From an uncultured Bacilli bacterium (GTDB lineage Bacteria; Bacillota_I; Bacilli_A; RF39; UBA660), in contig CANRAF010000003.1 in assembly GCA_947628535.1 (NCBI GenBank), positions 22,350 to 86,349 of the forward strand: DNA of 64,000 nt. Direction: 5' to 3'. The translations under genes and the position numbers were made by a program. Positions 30,062-40,400 of this stretch are shown here, one piece after another. Below the pieces are notes generated by a model, which was not told the DNA's origin, made no database searches, and worked only from the letters and a program-made list of their open reading frames with translations. How positions within the stretch are numbered: position 1 is the first letter of the stretch; each line of letters begins with the position of its first letter.

Positions 30062-31249
30062 ATGAATTATAAAGTTGTAATAGACCCAGGGCACGGGGGA
30101 AATGACTCTGGAAATACTGGTAATGGGTTAGTAGAGAAAGACTATGCTCTTTTAGTTTCTAATTACATAAAAGATAGACTTGATGATTTAGGTATAGATA
30201 ATATAATAACTAGAAATACAGATCGAGATTTATCAATAGATGAGAGAATAAGTATAATAGAATCTACTTATGGACTTGATGAAAATGTCCTTGTTGTTTC
30301 AAATCATCTTAATAAAGGTGGAGAAGAAGGTTTAGAGGTTATCTATGCTTTAAGAGATAAAGATGATTTTGCAGAACAAATTGCAAATGAAGTTGAAAAG
30401 TCTGGAGGTCTTGTAAATAAATACTATCAATTAAGAGATAATGTTAACACACAAAATGATTATTATCCACTTCTTCGCGATACACCAAATTATGAAACTG
30501 TAATGATAGAATATGGTTATGTCGATAATGCTAAGGATGCTAAAAGGGTGAGTGATGACTATTTAGAATATGCTGAAGCTGTTGTTAGAGCAATAGCACT
30601 TTATACTAAAACAGATTATGTTCCACTTCCTGGAGATAACTATTATGTTGTCAAAAAAGGAGATAGTTTATATAAAATAGCCAATATGTATGGTATTACA
30701 GTCGACGAACTTAAAAAAGCTAATAATCTAACGAGTAATAATTTGGATATTGGACAGCTTTTGCTTATTCCATCAAGTTCTAAGGCTCCAAGCAGTGACC
30801 AAAGTGGAACAACTTATGTAGTTAAAAAGGGAGATACATTATACAAAATAGCAAGTGAATACAAAGTAACAGTAGATGCAATAAAAAAAGCTAACAACTT
30901 AACAAGCAACACACTTCAAATAGGCCAAAAATTAATAATTCCAGGGAATAGTTCTAATACTTATATAGTAAAAGCAGGGGATACACTATACAAAATAGCA
31001 ACTGAATATAATGTAACAGTGGATGAAGTAAAAAGAGCTAACAATTTAACAAGTAATATACTTCAAATAGGACAAAAATTAATAATTCCAGGAAGCACGA
31101 CTAATACTTCTTATACAGTCAAAAAAGGAGATAGTTTATATAAAATAGCCAATATGTATGGTATTACAGTTAATGAACTTAAAAAGGCTAATAATTTAAC
31201 AAGTGATATTTTACAAATAGGGCAGATACTTACTATACCTTCAAATTGA
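30062..31249 (+). CDS. N-acetylmuramoyl-L-alanine amidase (Amidase_3) with four LysM domains
   Basis: DPGHGG, EKD, SNH, IEYGY catalytic residues; four YxVKxGDxLYKIA...GQxLxIP repeats; no signal peptide. Confidence 0.93.
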   Translation: MNYKVVIDPGHGGNDSGNTGNGLVEKDYALLVSNYIKDRLDDLGIDNIITRNTDRDLSIDERISIIESTYGLDENVLVVSNHLNKGGEEGLEVIYALRDKDDFAEQIANEVEKSGGLVNKYYQLRDNVNTQNDYYPLLRDTPNYETVMIEYGYVDNAKDAKRVSDDYLEYAEAVVRAIALYTKTDYVPLPGDNYYVVKKGDSLYKIANMYGITVDELKKANNLTSNNLDIGQLLLIPSSSKAPSSDQSGTTYVVKKGDTLYKIASEYKVTVDAIKKANNLTSNTLQIGQKLIIPGNSSNTYIVKAGDTLYKIATEYNVTVDEVKRANNLTSNILQIGQKLIIPGSTTNTSYTVKKGDSLYKIANMYGITVNELKKANNLTSDILQIGQILTIPSN

Positions 31250-31274
31250 CATTTGCGCAAACTTATGTTACAAT
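31246..31274 (+). promoter_or_regulatory. sigma-A promoter TTGACA-N17-TACAAT (extended -10) with palindrome TTTGCGCAAA in the spacer
   Basis: Read directly from the sequence. Confidence 0.7.
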
Positions 31275-31291
31275 GTTAACTACTCGAAAGG

Positions 31292-31765
31292 ATGTTCATT
31301 ATGGAGGAAAAATATAAAAATTACGAGAATTTAATTGACGTTATTTCAGAAAATGAAGATATAACTAGCATTTATTTAGATGACGCTGATGGTAAATATG
31401 AATATAAAAGAACAGGTCATAATAACACAGATTATAAATTTATAGATATAATGGATACAGATGGAATTATAAAATTAGAAAATAATAAATCATGTTACGT
31501 AGAAAATGCTAGTTATGTAGCAATAAAAACATATGAAAAGGATAGTTTAAAAAAAGTTTTAATAATATTATCACTCGAAGGTTATGGACTTTTGCATTCA
31601 ACTATTTTACGAAGTGGTAATGATAATTTATTTTCTAAAATAAATAGTGATAATGGTATAGTTTCATATGGAATCGAAAATTATGAAATAGATGAAAAAA
31701 GTTCAAGTTTTTCAATAATACCTTCAGCAGGTATAGAAAGTAAAAAAATAAGATCAAGAGTTTAA
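31292..31765 (+). CDS. hypothetical protein
   Basis: 157-aa ORF with its own strong promoter; start may be at 31301. Confidence 0.65.
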   Translation: MFIMEEKYKNYENLIDVISENEDITSIYLDDADGKYEYKRTGHNNTDYKFIDIMDTDGIIKLENNKSCYVENASYVAIKTYEKDSLKKVLIILSLEGYGLLHSTILRSGNDNLFSKINSDNGIVSYGIENYEIDEKSSSFSIIPSAGIESKKIRSRV

Positions 31766-32148
31766 ATAAGAGGGGTATCAATATTTCCTGGTTCATCATT
31801 TCTTTTAATACCTTCAAAGGTTGTATAAAAAAGAATAAAACCAGCAATTAAAGTTAAAATTGAGGCGATAAATTCATATAATGAAAGAGTCCCTTGATTT
31901 TTTTTCTTGTTAATTTCATAAAAAACATAATTGATATAAGTAAAGACTATTACTAAAACAGTAACTATTATTCTGTTTATAATAGTTAAATCATTTTCGC
32001 TTTTAATATTAAATAAAGGTTTTTTTCCGTTTTTTTTAAGGATATTGTTATAAGTTAGTATAACGGAAACTATAATGGTAATAATAAATAATAAAGAAGC
32101 ATATATTTGTTCATATAATAGTTGTGTTTCTTTATTTGTTTCATTCAT
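31762..32148 (-). CDS. small membrane protein (3 TM)
   Basis: Three hydrophobic segments; CATATAAT sigE-like -10 just upstream. Confidence 0.65.
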   Translation of the reverse strand: MNETNKETQLLYEQIYASLLFIITIIVSVILTYNNILKKNGKKPLFNIKSENDLTIINRIIVTVLVIVFTYINYVFYEINKKKNQGTLSLYEFIASILTLIAGFILFYTTFEGIKRNDEPGNIDTPLI

Positions 32149-32180
32149 GATTTATTATATGAGAAAAAAATTAAAATATT

Positions 32181-32207
32181 TTAGCACTCACACTTGACAA
32201 GTGCTAA
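32181..32207 (+). promoter_or_regulatory. CIRCE element (HrcA operator) overlapping the TTGACA -35 of hsp20
   Basis: TTAGCACTC-N9-AAGTGCTAA, one mismatch to consensus; TATAAT at 32216-32221. Confidence 0.9.
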
Positions 32208-32245
32208 AATAAGTGTATAATATAAATTGTAAGGAGGAATGAAAA

Positions 32246-32632
32246 ATGAATTTAATACCTAGAAGTTTCTTTTTAGATGATTTCTTTGATGATTTTGGGA
32301 AGGTAAAAACAGTAGATATGAAATGTGATGTCTATGAAGAAGGAAATGATTATGTTATCGAAATGGATGCTCCAGGACTTAAAAAAGAAGATATTGATAT
32401 TGATGTAGATAAAGGATATCTTACAGTTTCTATATCACGTAATGTAGAAAATAGCGATGAAGGTAAAAATTATATTAGAAAAGAAAGATTTTATGGTTCT
32501 ACAAGAAGACAATTCTATATTGGTGATGCCAGTGAAGATGACATAAAAGCTAACTTTGATCATGGTGTATTAAAAATAGTCGTTCCTAAAAAAGAAGAAA
32601 TTCAAAGTAAAAAGAAAATAGAAATCGAATAG
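32246..32632 (+). CDS. Hsp20/alpha-crystallin small heat-shock protein
   Basis: MKCDVYE, DAPG..KEDI, YIRKERFYG, A.F.HGVL.I.VPK. Confidence 0.95.
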   Translation: MNLIPRSFFLDDFFDDFGKVKTVDMKCDVYEEGNDYVIEMDAPGLKKEDIDIDVDKGYLTVSISRNVENSDEGKNYIRKERFYGSTRRQFYIGDASEDDIKANFDHGVLKIVVPKKEEIQSKKKIEIE

Positions 32633-32633
32633 T

Positions 32634-32657
32634 AAAACGCCTACTAAAGGCGTTTTT
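32634..32657. terminator. bidirectional terminator between hsp20 and feoB
   Basis: AAAACGCCT-ACTAA-AGGCGTTTT. Confidence 0.8.
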
Positions 32658-32673
32658 AATTTAATTTAGAAGA

Positions 32674-34551
32674 TTAGATAAATAGTTTTAGTAAACTTGT
32701 TACTATAAAGCAGAGAATAAATCCAGTAATAGTTGGAATTAAAATTGAAAGTATAGTCCATTTTAAACTATTTGTCTCTTTTTTTATTGTCATAATAGTT
32801 GTTCCGCATGGGAAGTGACATATAGTAAATATCATAAATGCTATAGCAGTTATTATAGTCCAGTTATTACTTACAAGTAAATTTTTTAGAGATTCTAAAG
32901 ATGAATAATCCATTAAACTTGAAGTTTTTGTATAAGCCATTAACATGATTGGTATAACTATTTCATTAGCAGGAAGTCCAAAAAGGAAAGCAATAAGTAT
33001 GGTACCATCAAGTCCAATAAGGTTTCCTAAAGGATCTAAAAATGATGAGATATAGTATAAAATAGAATAGTCGTTTATCATTATATTAGCAGCAAGCCAA
33101 ATAATGATTCCCGCGGGCATTGAAACACATATAGCTCTTCCTAAAACAAATATTGTTCTATCTAGAATTGATCTTATAATAGTATCTATAATTTTTGGTT
33201 TTCTATAAGGGGGTAGCTCTAAAGTAAACGATGATGGTTCTCCTTTTAAGACAGTTAAAGATAAAATCTTAGAGATTAAAAGAGTTACCAAACAAGAGAA
33301 AACTATTAGGCCTAAAAGAGTTAGGGCAGACATTCCTGAAGATACAAATTTATTGGAAAATCCTGATACTAAAAATATAGAAATAATTGCAATTAAACTT
33401 GGAAATCTTCCATTACAAGGAGAAAATACATTTGTTAAAATAGCAATTAGTTTTTCTTTTTTTGATTCAATAATACGACAACCTATAACTCCGCAGGCAT
33501 TACAACCATATCCCATACACATTGTTAAAGACTGTTTTCCATGGGCACCACATTTTTTAAATAACCTATCCATATTAAAAGCTATTCTTGGTAAATATCC
33601 TAAATCTTCCATTAAAGTGAAGAGTGGAAAAAATATTGCCATTGGTGGAAGCATTACAGATATTACCCAAGCTACAACTTTATATATACCATTTAATAAA
33701 AAATCTATTACTGTTTGATTGATTCCAAGATTAGTTAATAATATGAATAACTTATCATAAATATAGAATAGTCCCTTACTTAAAAGTTCAGAAGGGTAAT
33801 TAGCACCAATTATAGTTATCCAAAGAATCATACCTATAGTTAAAAGCATTATAGGAATACCATATTTTTTAGAAGTTAGTATTTTATCTATTTTAATAGT
33901 TCTTTTATTATAATTTTCATCTTTTAACGTTACACATTTATCATATATTTCTTTAGCTTTGTCTTCAGTATTAACAATATAAGATGATTTTTCATCTTTA
34001 TTTTTAAAGGAGTAGATTTTTTCAAGTAATTTATTTATACCTTCTTTTTTTCTAGCACTCATACCTATTACAGGAAGATTTAATTCTTTTTCAAGACCTT
34101 TTATATCAATAGATATATTTTTCTTTTTTGCTTCATCAAGAAGATTTAAACAAACAATGATATTTGTTTTTATATTTTTAGCTTCTAAAACTAAATTTAA
34201 ATTTCTTTCAAGTGATGTTGCATCTACTACTATTAAAATAATATCTATATCTTTTTCGATTAAAAAATCTTTAGCGATTTCCTCTTCTTCAGAAAAGGCA
34301 TTTAACGAGTAAATACCGGGAAGGTCAATTACATTATAAGTTTTGTCTTTTATTTTCATAATTCCTTCAGCATTTGATACTGTCTTTCCTGGCCAGTTAC
34401 CAGTATGTCCACGAAGTCCTGTTAAATTATTAAAAAGAGTAGTTTTTCCGACATTAGGATTTCCTAAAAGAGCAATTAAATTTGAAGATGCATTTGTTAT
34501 ATTTTCTTTGTTTTTACTTTTAAATTTTTTAGAACTTCTAGTAAGACCCAT
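32674..34551 (-). CDS. feoB: Ferrous iron transporter B
   Basis: GNPNVGKT, GNWPGKTV, DLPG, EDxGYLPR, GxGCN, ELPPYR, PANE, FPC. Confidence 0.95.
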   Translation of the reverse strand: MGLTRSSKKFKSKNKENITNASSNLIALLGNPNVGKTTLFNNLTGLRGHTGNWPGKTVSNAEGIMKIKDKTYNVIDLPGIYSLNAFSEEEEIAKDFLIEKDIDIILIVVDATSLERNLNLVLEAKNIKTNIIVCLNLLDEAKKKNISIDIKGLEKELNLPVIGMSARKKEGINKLLEKIYSFKNKDEKSSYIVNTEDKAKEIYDKCVTLKDENYNKRTIKIDKILTSKKYGIPIMLLTIGMILWITIIGANYPSELLSKGLFYIYDKLFILLTNLGINQTVIDFLLNGIYKVVAWVISVMLPPMAIFFPLFTLMEDLGYLPRIAFNMDRLFKKCGAHGKQSLTMCMGYGCNACGVIGCRIIESKKEKLIAILTNVFSPCNGRFPSLIAIISIFLVSGFSNKFVSSGMSALTLLGLIVFSCLVTLLISKILSLTVLKGEPSSFTLELPPYRKPKIIDTIIRSILDRTIFVLGRAICVSMPAGIIIWLAANIMINDYSILYYISSFLDPLGNLIGLDGTILIAFLFGLPANEIVIPIMLMAYTKTSSLMDYSSLESLKNLLVSNNWTIITAIAFMIFTICHFPCGTTIMTIKKETNSLKWTILSILIPTITGFILCFIVTSLLKLFI

Positions 34552-34786
34552 TTTCTTTCCTTATTACCATTATTTGACTTGCATCTTCTTTTCTAATAGC
34601 AAGTATTACATTTTTTACAAGATATGCTGTAGGATCTTTAAAAGGACTTTTATAAAGACATTTTATTTTGGTATTTTTAGTAATTCCAAGATTAGTTAAG
34701 TGCTGTTTATTATCTTTCTTTATGTTGTTTTCGACAATATAGGCAGTTTCTTCTAAATTTAAATTATCTAATGTATCTATTTTCAT
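34538..34786 (-). CDS. feoA: Ferrous iron transport protein A
   Basis: L..LGI..., SPF.DP.AY.V....LAIRKEDA..I. Confidence 0.92.
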   Translation of the reverse strand: MKIDTLDNLNLEETAYIVENNIKKDNKQHLTNLGITKNTKIKCLYKSPFKDPTAYLVKNVILAIRKEDASQIMVIRKENGSY

Positions 34787-34807
34787 TTAAACTCACCTAT
34801 CTAGTTT

Positions 34808-34835
34808 AATATATGCCCATTTATTTTGGTTTGTG
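34808..34835 (-). promoter_or_regulatory. candidate sigK promoter of feoAB (CACA-N16-CATATATT)
   Basis: Matches the sigK consensus ACA-N16-CATAnnnT. Confidence 0.6.
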
Positions 34836-34950
34836 AGTACTAGTTAAATATTAATAAACTAAAAAAATATTTTTAATAGGTTGCAATTTTTTAAAACTTT
34901 GATGCCTTGTAATTTTTTTCATAGTAATATATACTTGTAAATAAAGTAGG

Positions 34951-35547
34951 GTGATTTTTTTGGAAAATAAGAAAGATGAAAAAATAAAAAAAATTAGATA
35001 TACTTTAGCACTTATTATTTCTATAGTAGGACTTTTATGCTTAATAGGAATACCGAGTTATGCCATATTAAAAGGAAAATTATTTTCTTCAAATGAGCAA
35101 ATTATAAGAGCAGGAAGTGTAGAACTTTCTTTAACTGAATATTATAGTGATATGAATGGTGATATTTCAGTAATGAATGATAAAGATGGTCTTGATGATA
35201 CTGATACTTATGATTTTGTGATAAAAAATATTGGTAGTGAACCTGCTACATATGATGTAAAACTATTTAATGAAGCTCCAAGTGATTTTTCTGGGAATTT
35301 GCTTAAAGATGAATATATAAAAGTTGGACTTTTGGTAAATGATAAAGAAATGGGACCAATGAGTTTAAAAGATGTAGAAAATGTAATTGATAGTAACACT
35401 TTAAATAAAAAAGAATTAGTAAAATATAAACTTAGAATATGGATTGATAAAAAATATGAGTCAGAACTTTTAAAAGAGGATAATTACAAAGCATTTTTAA
35501 AAATAGCAGTATCTGCAAAACAAAGTGAAAACTTAGATAATAACTAA
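34951..35547 (+). CDS. Secreted TasA/CalY-like (SipW-class signal) protein
   Basis: TM then SYA...IRAGSVELSL, YDFVIKNIGS..A.Y.V.L, YKLRIWI, C-terminal IAVSAKQ. Confidence 0.6.
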   Translation: MIFLENKKDEKIKKIRYTLALIISIVGLLCLIGIPSYAILKGKLFSSNEQIIRAGSVELSLTEYYSDMNGDISVMNDKDGLDDTDTYDFVIKNIGSEPATYDVKLFNEAPSDFSGNLLKDEYIKVGLLVNDKEMGPMSLKDVENVIDSNTLNKKELVKYKLRIWIDKKYESELLKEDNYKAFLKIAVSAKQSENLDNN

Positions 35548-35587
35548 AGAATAATTGAAAAAAATTTACATAAGATTTTATGGGTGA

Positions 35588-36544
35588 TTGTATTTGGAAA
35601 AAGTAAATACTAAATTAATAAACTTTTTGCTAATAACAATTGCTATTTTTTTTATTTCGGAGTGTTTAGATTTTTACAAGAATATATTATTAGTTGTTCT
35701 TGATGTAATTTTTCCTATATTCCTTTCTTTTTTTATTAGTTATTCTCTTTATCCATGTGTTACTTTTTTAAATAAGAAACTTTCATTTAATGTTTCTTCT
35801 TTTTTAACATTATTTATAGTATTTACTTTGTTTTTTTTAATGATATATTTTTCAGTACCTTTATTTACCAAAGAGATAGGTTTAATAAGTGAAGATATAG
35901 TTTACTTTCTTTCTAAATTTAATATATTCGATTTTGATATTTCTTCTTTTGTTAAACAATTTTTATCTTTTAATAATAGTCTTTCTTTAATTAATAAAGG
36001 AACAGTTTTTTTTACTAAATTTATAATTGTTTTTGTTCTTTCAATCTATTTTCTTTTTAATATGAATAACATAAAAAAGTTTTTATCCAAATACGAACTT
36101 TTTAATATGATAGATAAAGATTTATATAATTATTATAAGGGATTTTATTTAGTTATATTAATTGAAATAGTAGAGTACTTAGTAGTTTATTTTTTAATAG
36201 GACATCCTTACTATTTTCTTCTGGCAACTTTATCTGGGCTTACTTCTGTTATTCCTTTTTTTGGAGCAATTTTTACTAATTTACTGGCACTTATATCGGC
36301 TTTTTCAATAAGTACACCTCTTTTTATAGCAACTTCTATAGTGATGGTTTTAATTCCACTTTTTAACAGTTATTTTATTGAACCTAAAATTTATAATAAG
36401 ACTTTAAAAGTATCTTTAATAAGTATAATAATCTCTTGTTTTGTCTTTGGAATGCTCTTTGGTTTTACAGGAGTTATCTTTGCTATTCCTTTTTTCTTAA
36501 TTATTAAGAATTTTATCACTTTTTTCTTGTTACGTGAAAGATAA
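35588..36544 (+). CDS. AI-2E family transporter
   Basis: PI..SF..SY.L.P, IPFFG, IEPKI...LKVS, FGF.GVIFAIP; multi-TM. Confidence 0.8.
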   Translation: MYLEKVNTKLINFLLITIAIFFISECLDFYKNILLVVLDVIFPIFLSFFISYSLYPCVTFLNKKLSFNVSSFLTLFIVFTLFFLMIYFSVPLFTKEIGLISEDIVYFLSKFNIFDFDISSFVKQFLSFNNSLSLINKGTVFFTKFIIVFVLSIYFLFNMNNIKKFLSKYELFNMIDKDLYNYYKGFYLVILIEIVEYLVVYFLIGHPYYFLLATLSGLTSVIPFFGAIFTNLLALISAFSISTPLFIATSIVMVLIPLFNSYFIEPKIYNKTLKVSLISIIISCFVFGMLFGFTGVIFAIPFFLIIKNFITFFLLRER

Positions 36545-36564
36545 ATGTGATATGATGTTTATAG

Positions 36565-37419
36565 GTGATAGTTATGATGCTTGATATAGAAGTAAACAAG
36601 TATTTATTAATATGGCATTTACTTTATGAATCATCTGTTAGTGATGAGGTAAATAAGCTTAAACAAAAAATATGGAAAAATCATAAAAAGGAATATTCTC
36701 TAGTGCATAAAGATAAAAGAGAAATTTTAATGTGTTTAGATGATTATATACCTAATGATGATCTTATTTATAATTTAGTAGAAGTAAGTCCAGTTTATAA
36801 AAAAATAAAATTAGATACTAATAGATACCGAAATAGTATTTTAGAGATATGGGATAAAAATAGAAAAAAATATTGTAAAGAACTTAATTCAATATTAAAG
36901 TTTGACTTTAAAGATAAATATAAAATATGCGTGGTTCATCCATTTTTAGATGTTGTTGAAACAGATTTTGAGTCAAACATTATAACTATTGGAAAGAGAA
37001 TTATTACTCGTGATAAAGATAATTTTTTAACGTATTTAGTATATAAAATTGTAAAAAATGAAATATCTCGTCTTAAGACAGATGAAAAAGATATTTTAGA
37101 TGTTGTAGTAGAACTTGCAATAACTAATGAACTTTATACAAGAGTTACTAAAGAATCTAAATATAAAGTAGGTAAAAAAGATTTAAGGGAGTTAAAAGAA
37201 AAAATCTATCCTTACTGGCTTATGTATCTTGGAGTATCTCCTGATGATTTTGATAAATATATGATTAGAGATAATATCTTTTTTGATAAAAGCAAATATA
37301 AATATGAAAAATTACTTAGAACAGTTGATATTTATTCTTTTATCGCATTTTTAGTTAAGAATAAAAGGGTTATATTTAAAACAAAACTAGTACCAGTAGA
37401 GAGTATTGAAGTTTTATAA
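36565..37419 (+). CDS. hypothetical protein
   Basis: 284-aa ORF immediately upstream of polC. Confidence 0.7.
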   Translation: MIVMMLDIEVNKYLLIWHLLYESSVSDEVNKLKQKIWKNHKKEYSLVHKDKREILMCLDDYIPNDDLIYNLVEVSPVYKKIKLDTNRYRNSILEIWDKNRKKYCKELNSILKFDFKDKYKICVVHPFLDVVETDFESNIITIGKRIITRDKDNFLTYLVYKIVKNEISRLKTDEKDILDVVVELAITNELYTRVTKESKYKVGKKDLRELKEKIYPYWLMYLGVSPDDFDKYMIRDNIFFDKSKYKYEKLLRTVDIYSFIAFLVKNKRVIFKTKLVPVESIEVL

Positions 37420-37431
37420 CAAGGAGGAAAA

Positions 37432-40400
37432 ATGGAAGCAAGGATTGAAAAGTTACTAAAAAAAATAAATTACCCAGATGAGTATTTCTCTTGCTTTAAT
37501 AATGCTTTACTTGAGAAAATTATCGTAATAGAGGATAAGAATACTTGGAATATATATATTAAAAACGATACTAATTTCAAATACGAAGCTATTAGTACTT
37601 TTTTAAAGTGCCTTGAAGATTTTACTTTAAATAAATATACTTATAATATAGTAGTAAAAACAGAAAAAGAGGATTTAGAACTTTTTCCTGAATATTTTAA
37701 ACAAATACTTATTTTAATAAATAATAATAGTCTATTTTTAGATATGTTTTCTGATAGATTAATTAGAGAAAATAATGATTTTTATATTGAAATATATAAT
37801 AAAGCAGAAGAGCTAACTTTAAATAAAAAACTTGATTGTATAAAAACTCGCTTTAAAAACTTTGGTTTTAAAACTATGCCTAGTATTCGTTATAATATGG
37901 GAAAGGGAAGTTTTATAAAAGAAGAGATTAAAGATCTTAAAAAGATTGATGAAAGTAAATTTGAAGCTATAAAAAGTTCTAAAGAAAAGGTATCCCCTAA
38001 AAAAGATAATAAAAAAGGTTTTACTAAAGGATATGAAAGAAGTAATAGTAAAGGCTTTTTAGGAGAAGTTACAGGTAAAATTACACCTCTTAGTGATATA
38101 AGTTATGAAATTGATAATATTTGTATAGAAGCTAAAATTTTTGGAGTAGTACCTTCTACAAAAAAAGATTTTTATTCACTTACTTTAAAAGTTACTGATT
38201 ATACTACCAGTATGTATGTAAGACTTTTTGGTAGAAGTGAAGAAGAGTATGAAGAGATGCTTAGTAAATTTAAAGAGGGTATGTGGATTAGGGTTTCTGG
38301 TTATGTTAGAAATAATAGTTTTTATAATGATTTTGTAATAAGTGCGAGAAAAACTCAAATTATTGAAAAAGAAGAAAACATAGAAATGGATGAGGAAGAA
38401 GAAAAGAGAGTAGAACTTCATACTCATACAACAATGAGTCAGATGGATGGGGTAGTATCAGTATCTGATCTTATTAATAGAGCTATTAAATGGGGACATA
38501 AAGCAATTGCAATTACAGATCATAATGCTATTCAAACCTTTCCTGTAGCCTCTAAATTCAAAAAAGATATAAAAGTTTTATTTGGTGTTGAACTTGCTAT
38601 GATAGATGATGATCTTGATTTAGTACTTAGAGAGGATGAGTCTAATCTTCTTGATAATACTTATGTAGTATTTGACTTTGAAACTACTGGATTTAATGCT
38701 GGTGGAGGAGACTCTATTATTGAAGTTGGGGCTGTAAAGATTAAAAATGGAGAAATAATTGATACATTTGACAGATTAATAAATCCTGGGAAACCTCTTG
38801 AAGAACATATTGTAAAACTTACTCATATAACTGATGATATGCTTAAAGATTGTCCAAGTGAAGAAGAAGTTATAAAAGAATTTATCGATTGGTATGGTGA
38901 TCTTCCAATGGTTGCTCATAATGCTAAATTTGATTCTTCATTTTTAGAGATGGCTTATCAAAAATATAACCTTGGAGAGTATGATAATATGCTTATTGAT
39001 ACTTTACAACTTTCAAGAGCTTTAGATACTGAATTTTCAAGACATTCTTTATCAGCACTTGTTAAAAGATATGATATTGAATTTGATGAAGAAGGTCATC
39101 ATAGAGCAGATTATGATGCTTTAGCAACTGCTAAAATATTTCATAAAATGCTTCTTAAACTAAAATCAAGGAAAATAGAAAAAGCAAGTGAGATAAGTTT
39201 ATTAGTAAGTAAAAATGATATTCATAAATTTGGGGAATTATATCATATAAATATTTTAGTTAAAAATAAAACTGGTCTTAAGAATTTGTTTAAACTTGTA
39301 AGTTATGCTAATACAAAATATTTATATAAAACCCCGCGAATAATTCGTAGTGAAGTAGAAAAACATCGTGAAGGACTTTTAATTGGAAGTTGCTGTAGTA
39401 ATGGTGAAATATTTAAACAAGCTCGTAGTAAAAGTGAAGAAGAGTTAAGTGATTTAATGAATTTTTATGATTTTATAGAAGTTCAACCTCCTGAAGTTTA
39501 TTCTTATTTAGTTGATTTGTCTGACTTTAAAAATATGGATGAAGTAAAAGATAATATTTCTAAAATTATAAAAGTTGCTGATGATAAGAGAAAAATAGTT
39601 GTAGCAACAGGAGATGTTCATCACTTAACAAGAGATGATAAAATCTATAGAGAAATAATTGTAAATCAAAAAGTTCCTGGAGGAGGAATGCATCCACTTA
39701 ATAGAAAAGATATAAAAAATATTCCTTCAATGCACTTTAGAACTACTAAAGAAATGATTTCAGATTTTTCTTATTTAGGAGATGAAACTGCTAAAAAGAT
39801 AGTAGTTACTAATACTAATAAGATAGCGGATTTAATTGAAGAATTTGAAATTATTCCTGATACTAAGGGAATACCATTTTCTCCAAAATTTAAAGATAGT
39901 GATAAAACTATTAGAAAGATTTGTTATGATAAAGCAACTTCTATATATGGAGAAAAACTTCCTAAAATTGTAGAAGAGAGATTGGAGTCAGAGTTAACTG
40001 GTATTATAAATGGTGGTTTTGATTCAATTTACTTAATATCTCAAAAACTAGTTGAAAAAAGTAATAAAGATGGTTATGTTGTAGGATCACGTGGTTCGGT
40101 TGGTTCATCTTTTGTTGCGACAATGCTTGGAATTTCAGAGGTTAATCCTCTCCCAGCCCATTATGTTTGTCCTAAATGTAAAAAATCTATCTTTGAATAT
40201 GAAGATGGAACTTTATTTGGCAAAGATTATCCAAGTGGATATGACCTTCCTGATAGAAAATGTGAGTGTGGAGAGATGATGAGAAAAGATGGCCAAGATA
40301 TGCCATTTGCTACTTTCTTAGGATTTAATGCAGATAAAGTACCTGATATTGATCTTAACTTTTCTGGAGATTATCAAGCAAGGGCTCATGATTATACAAA

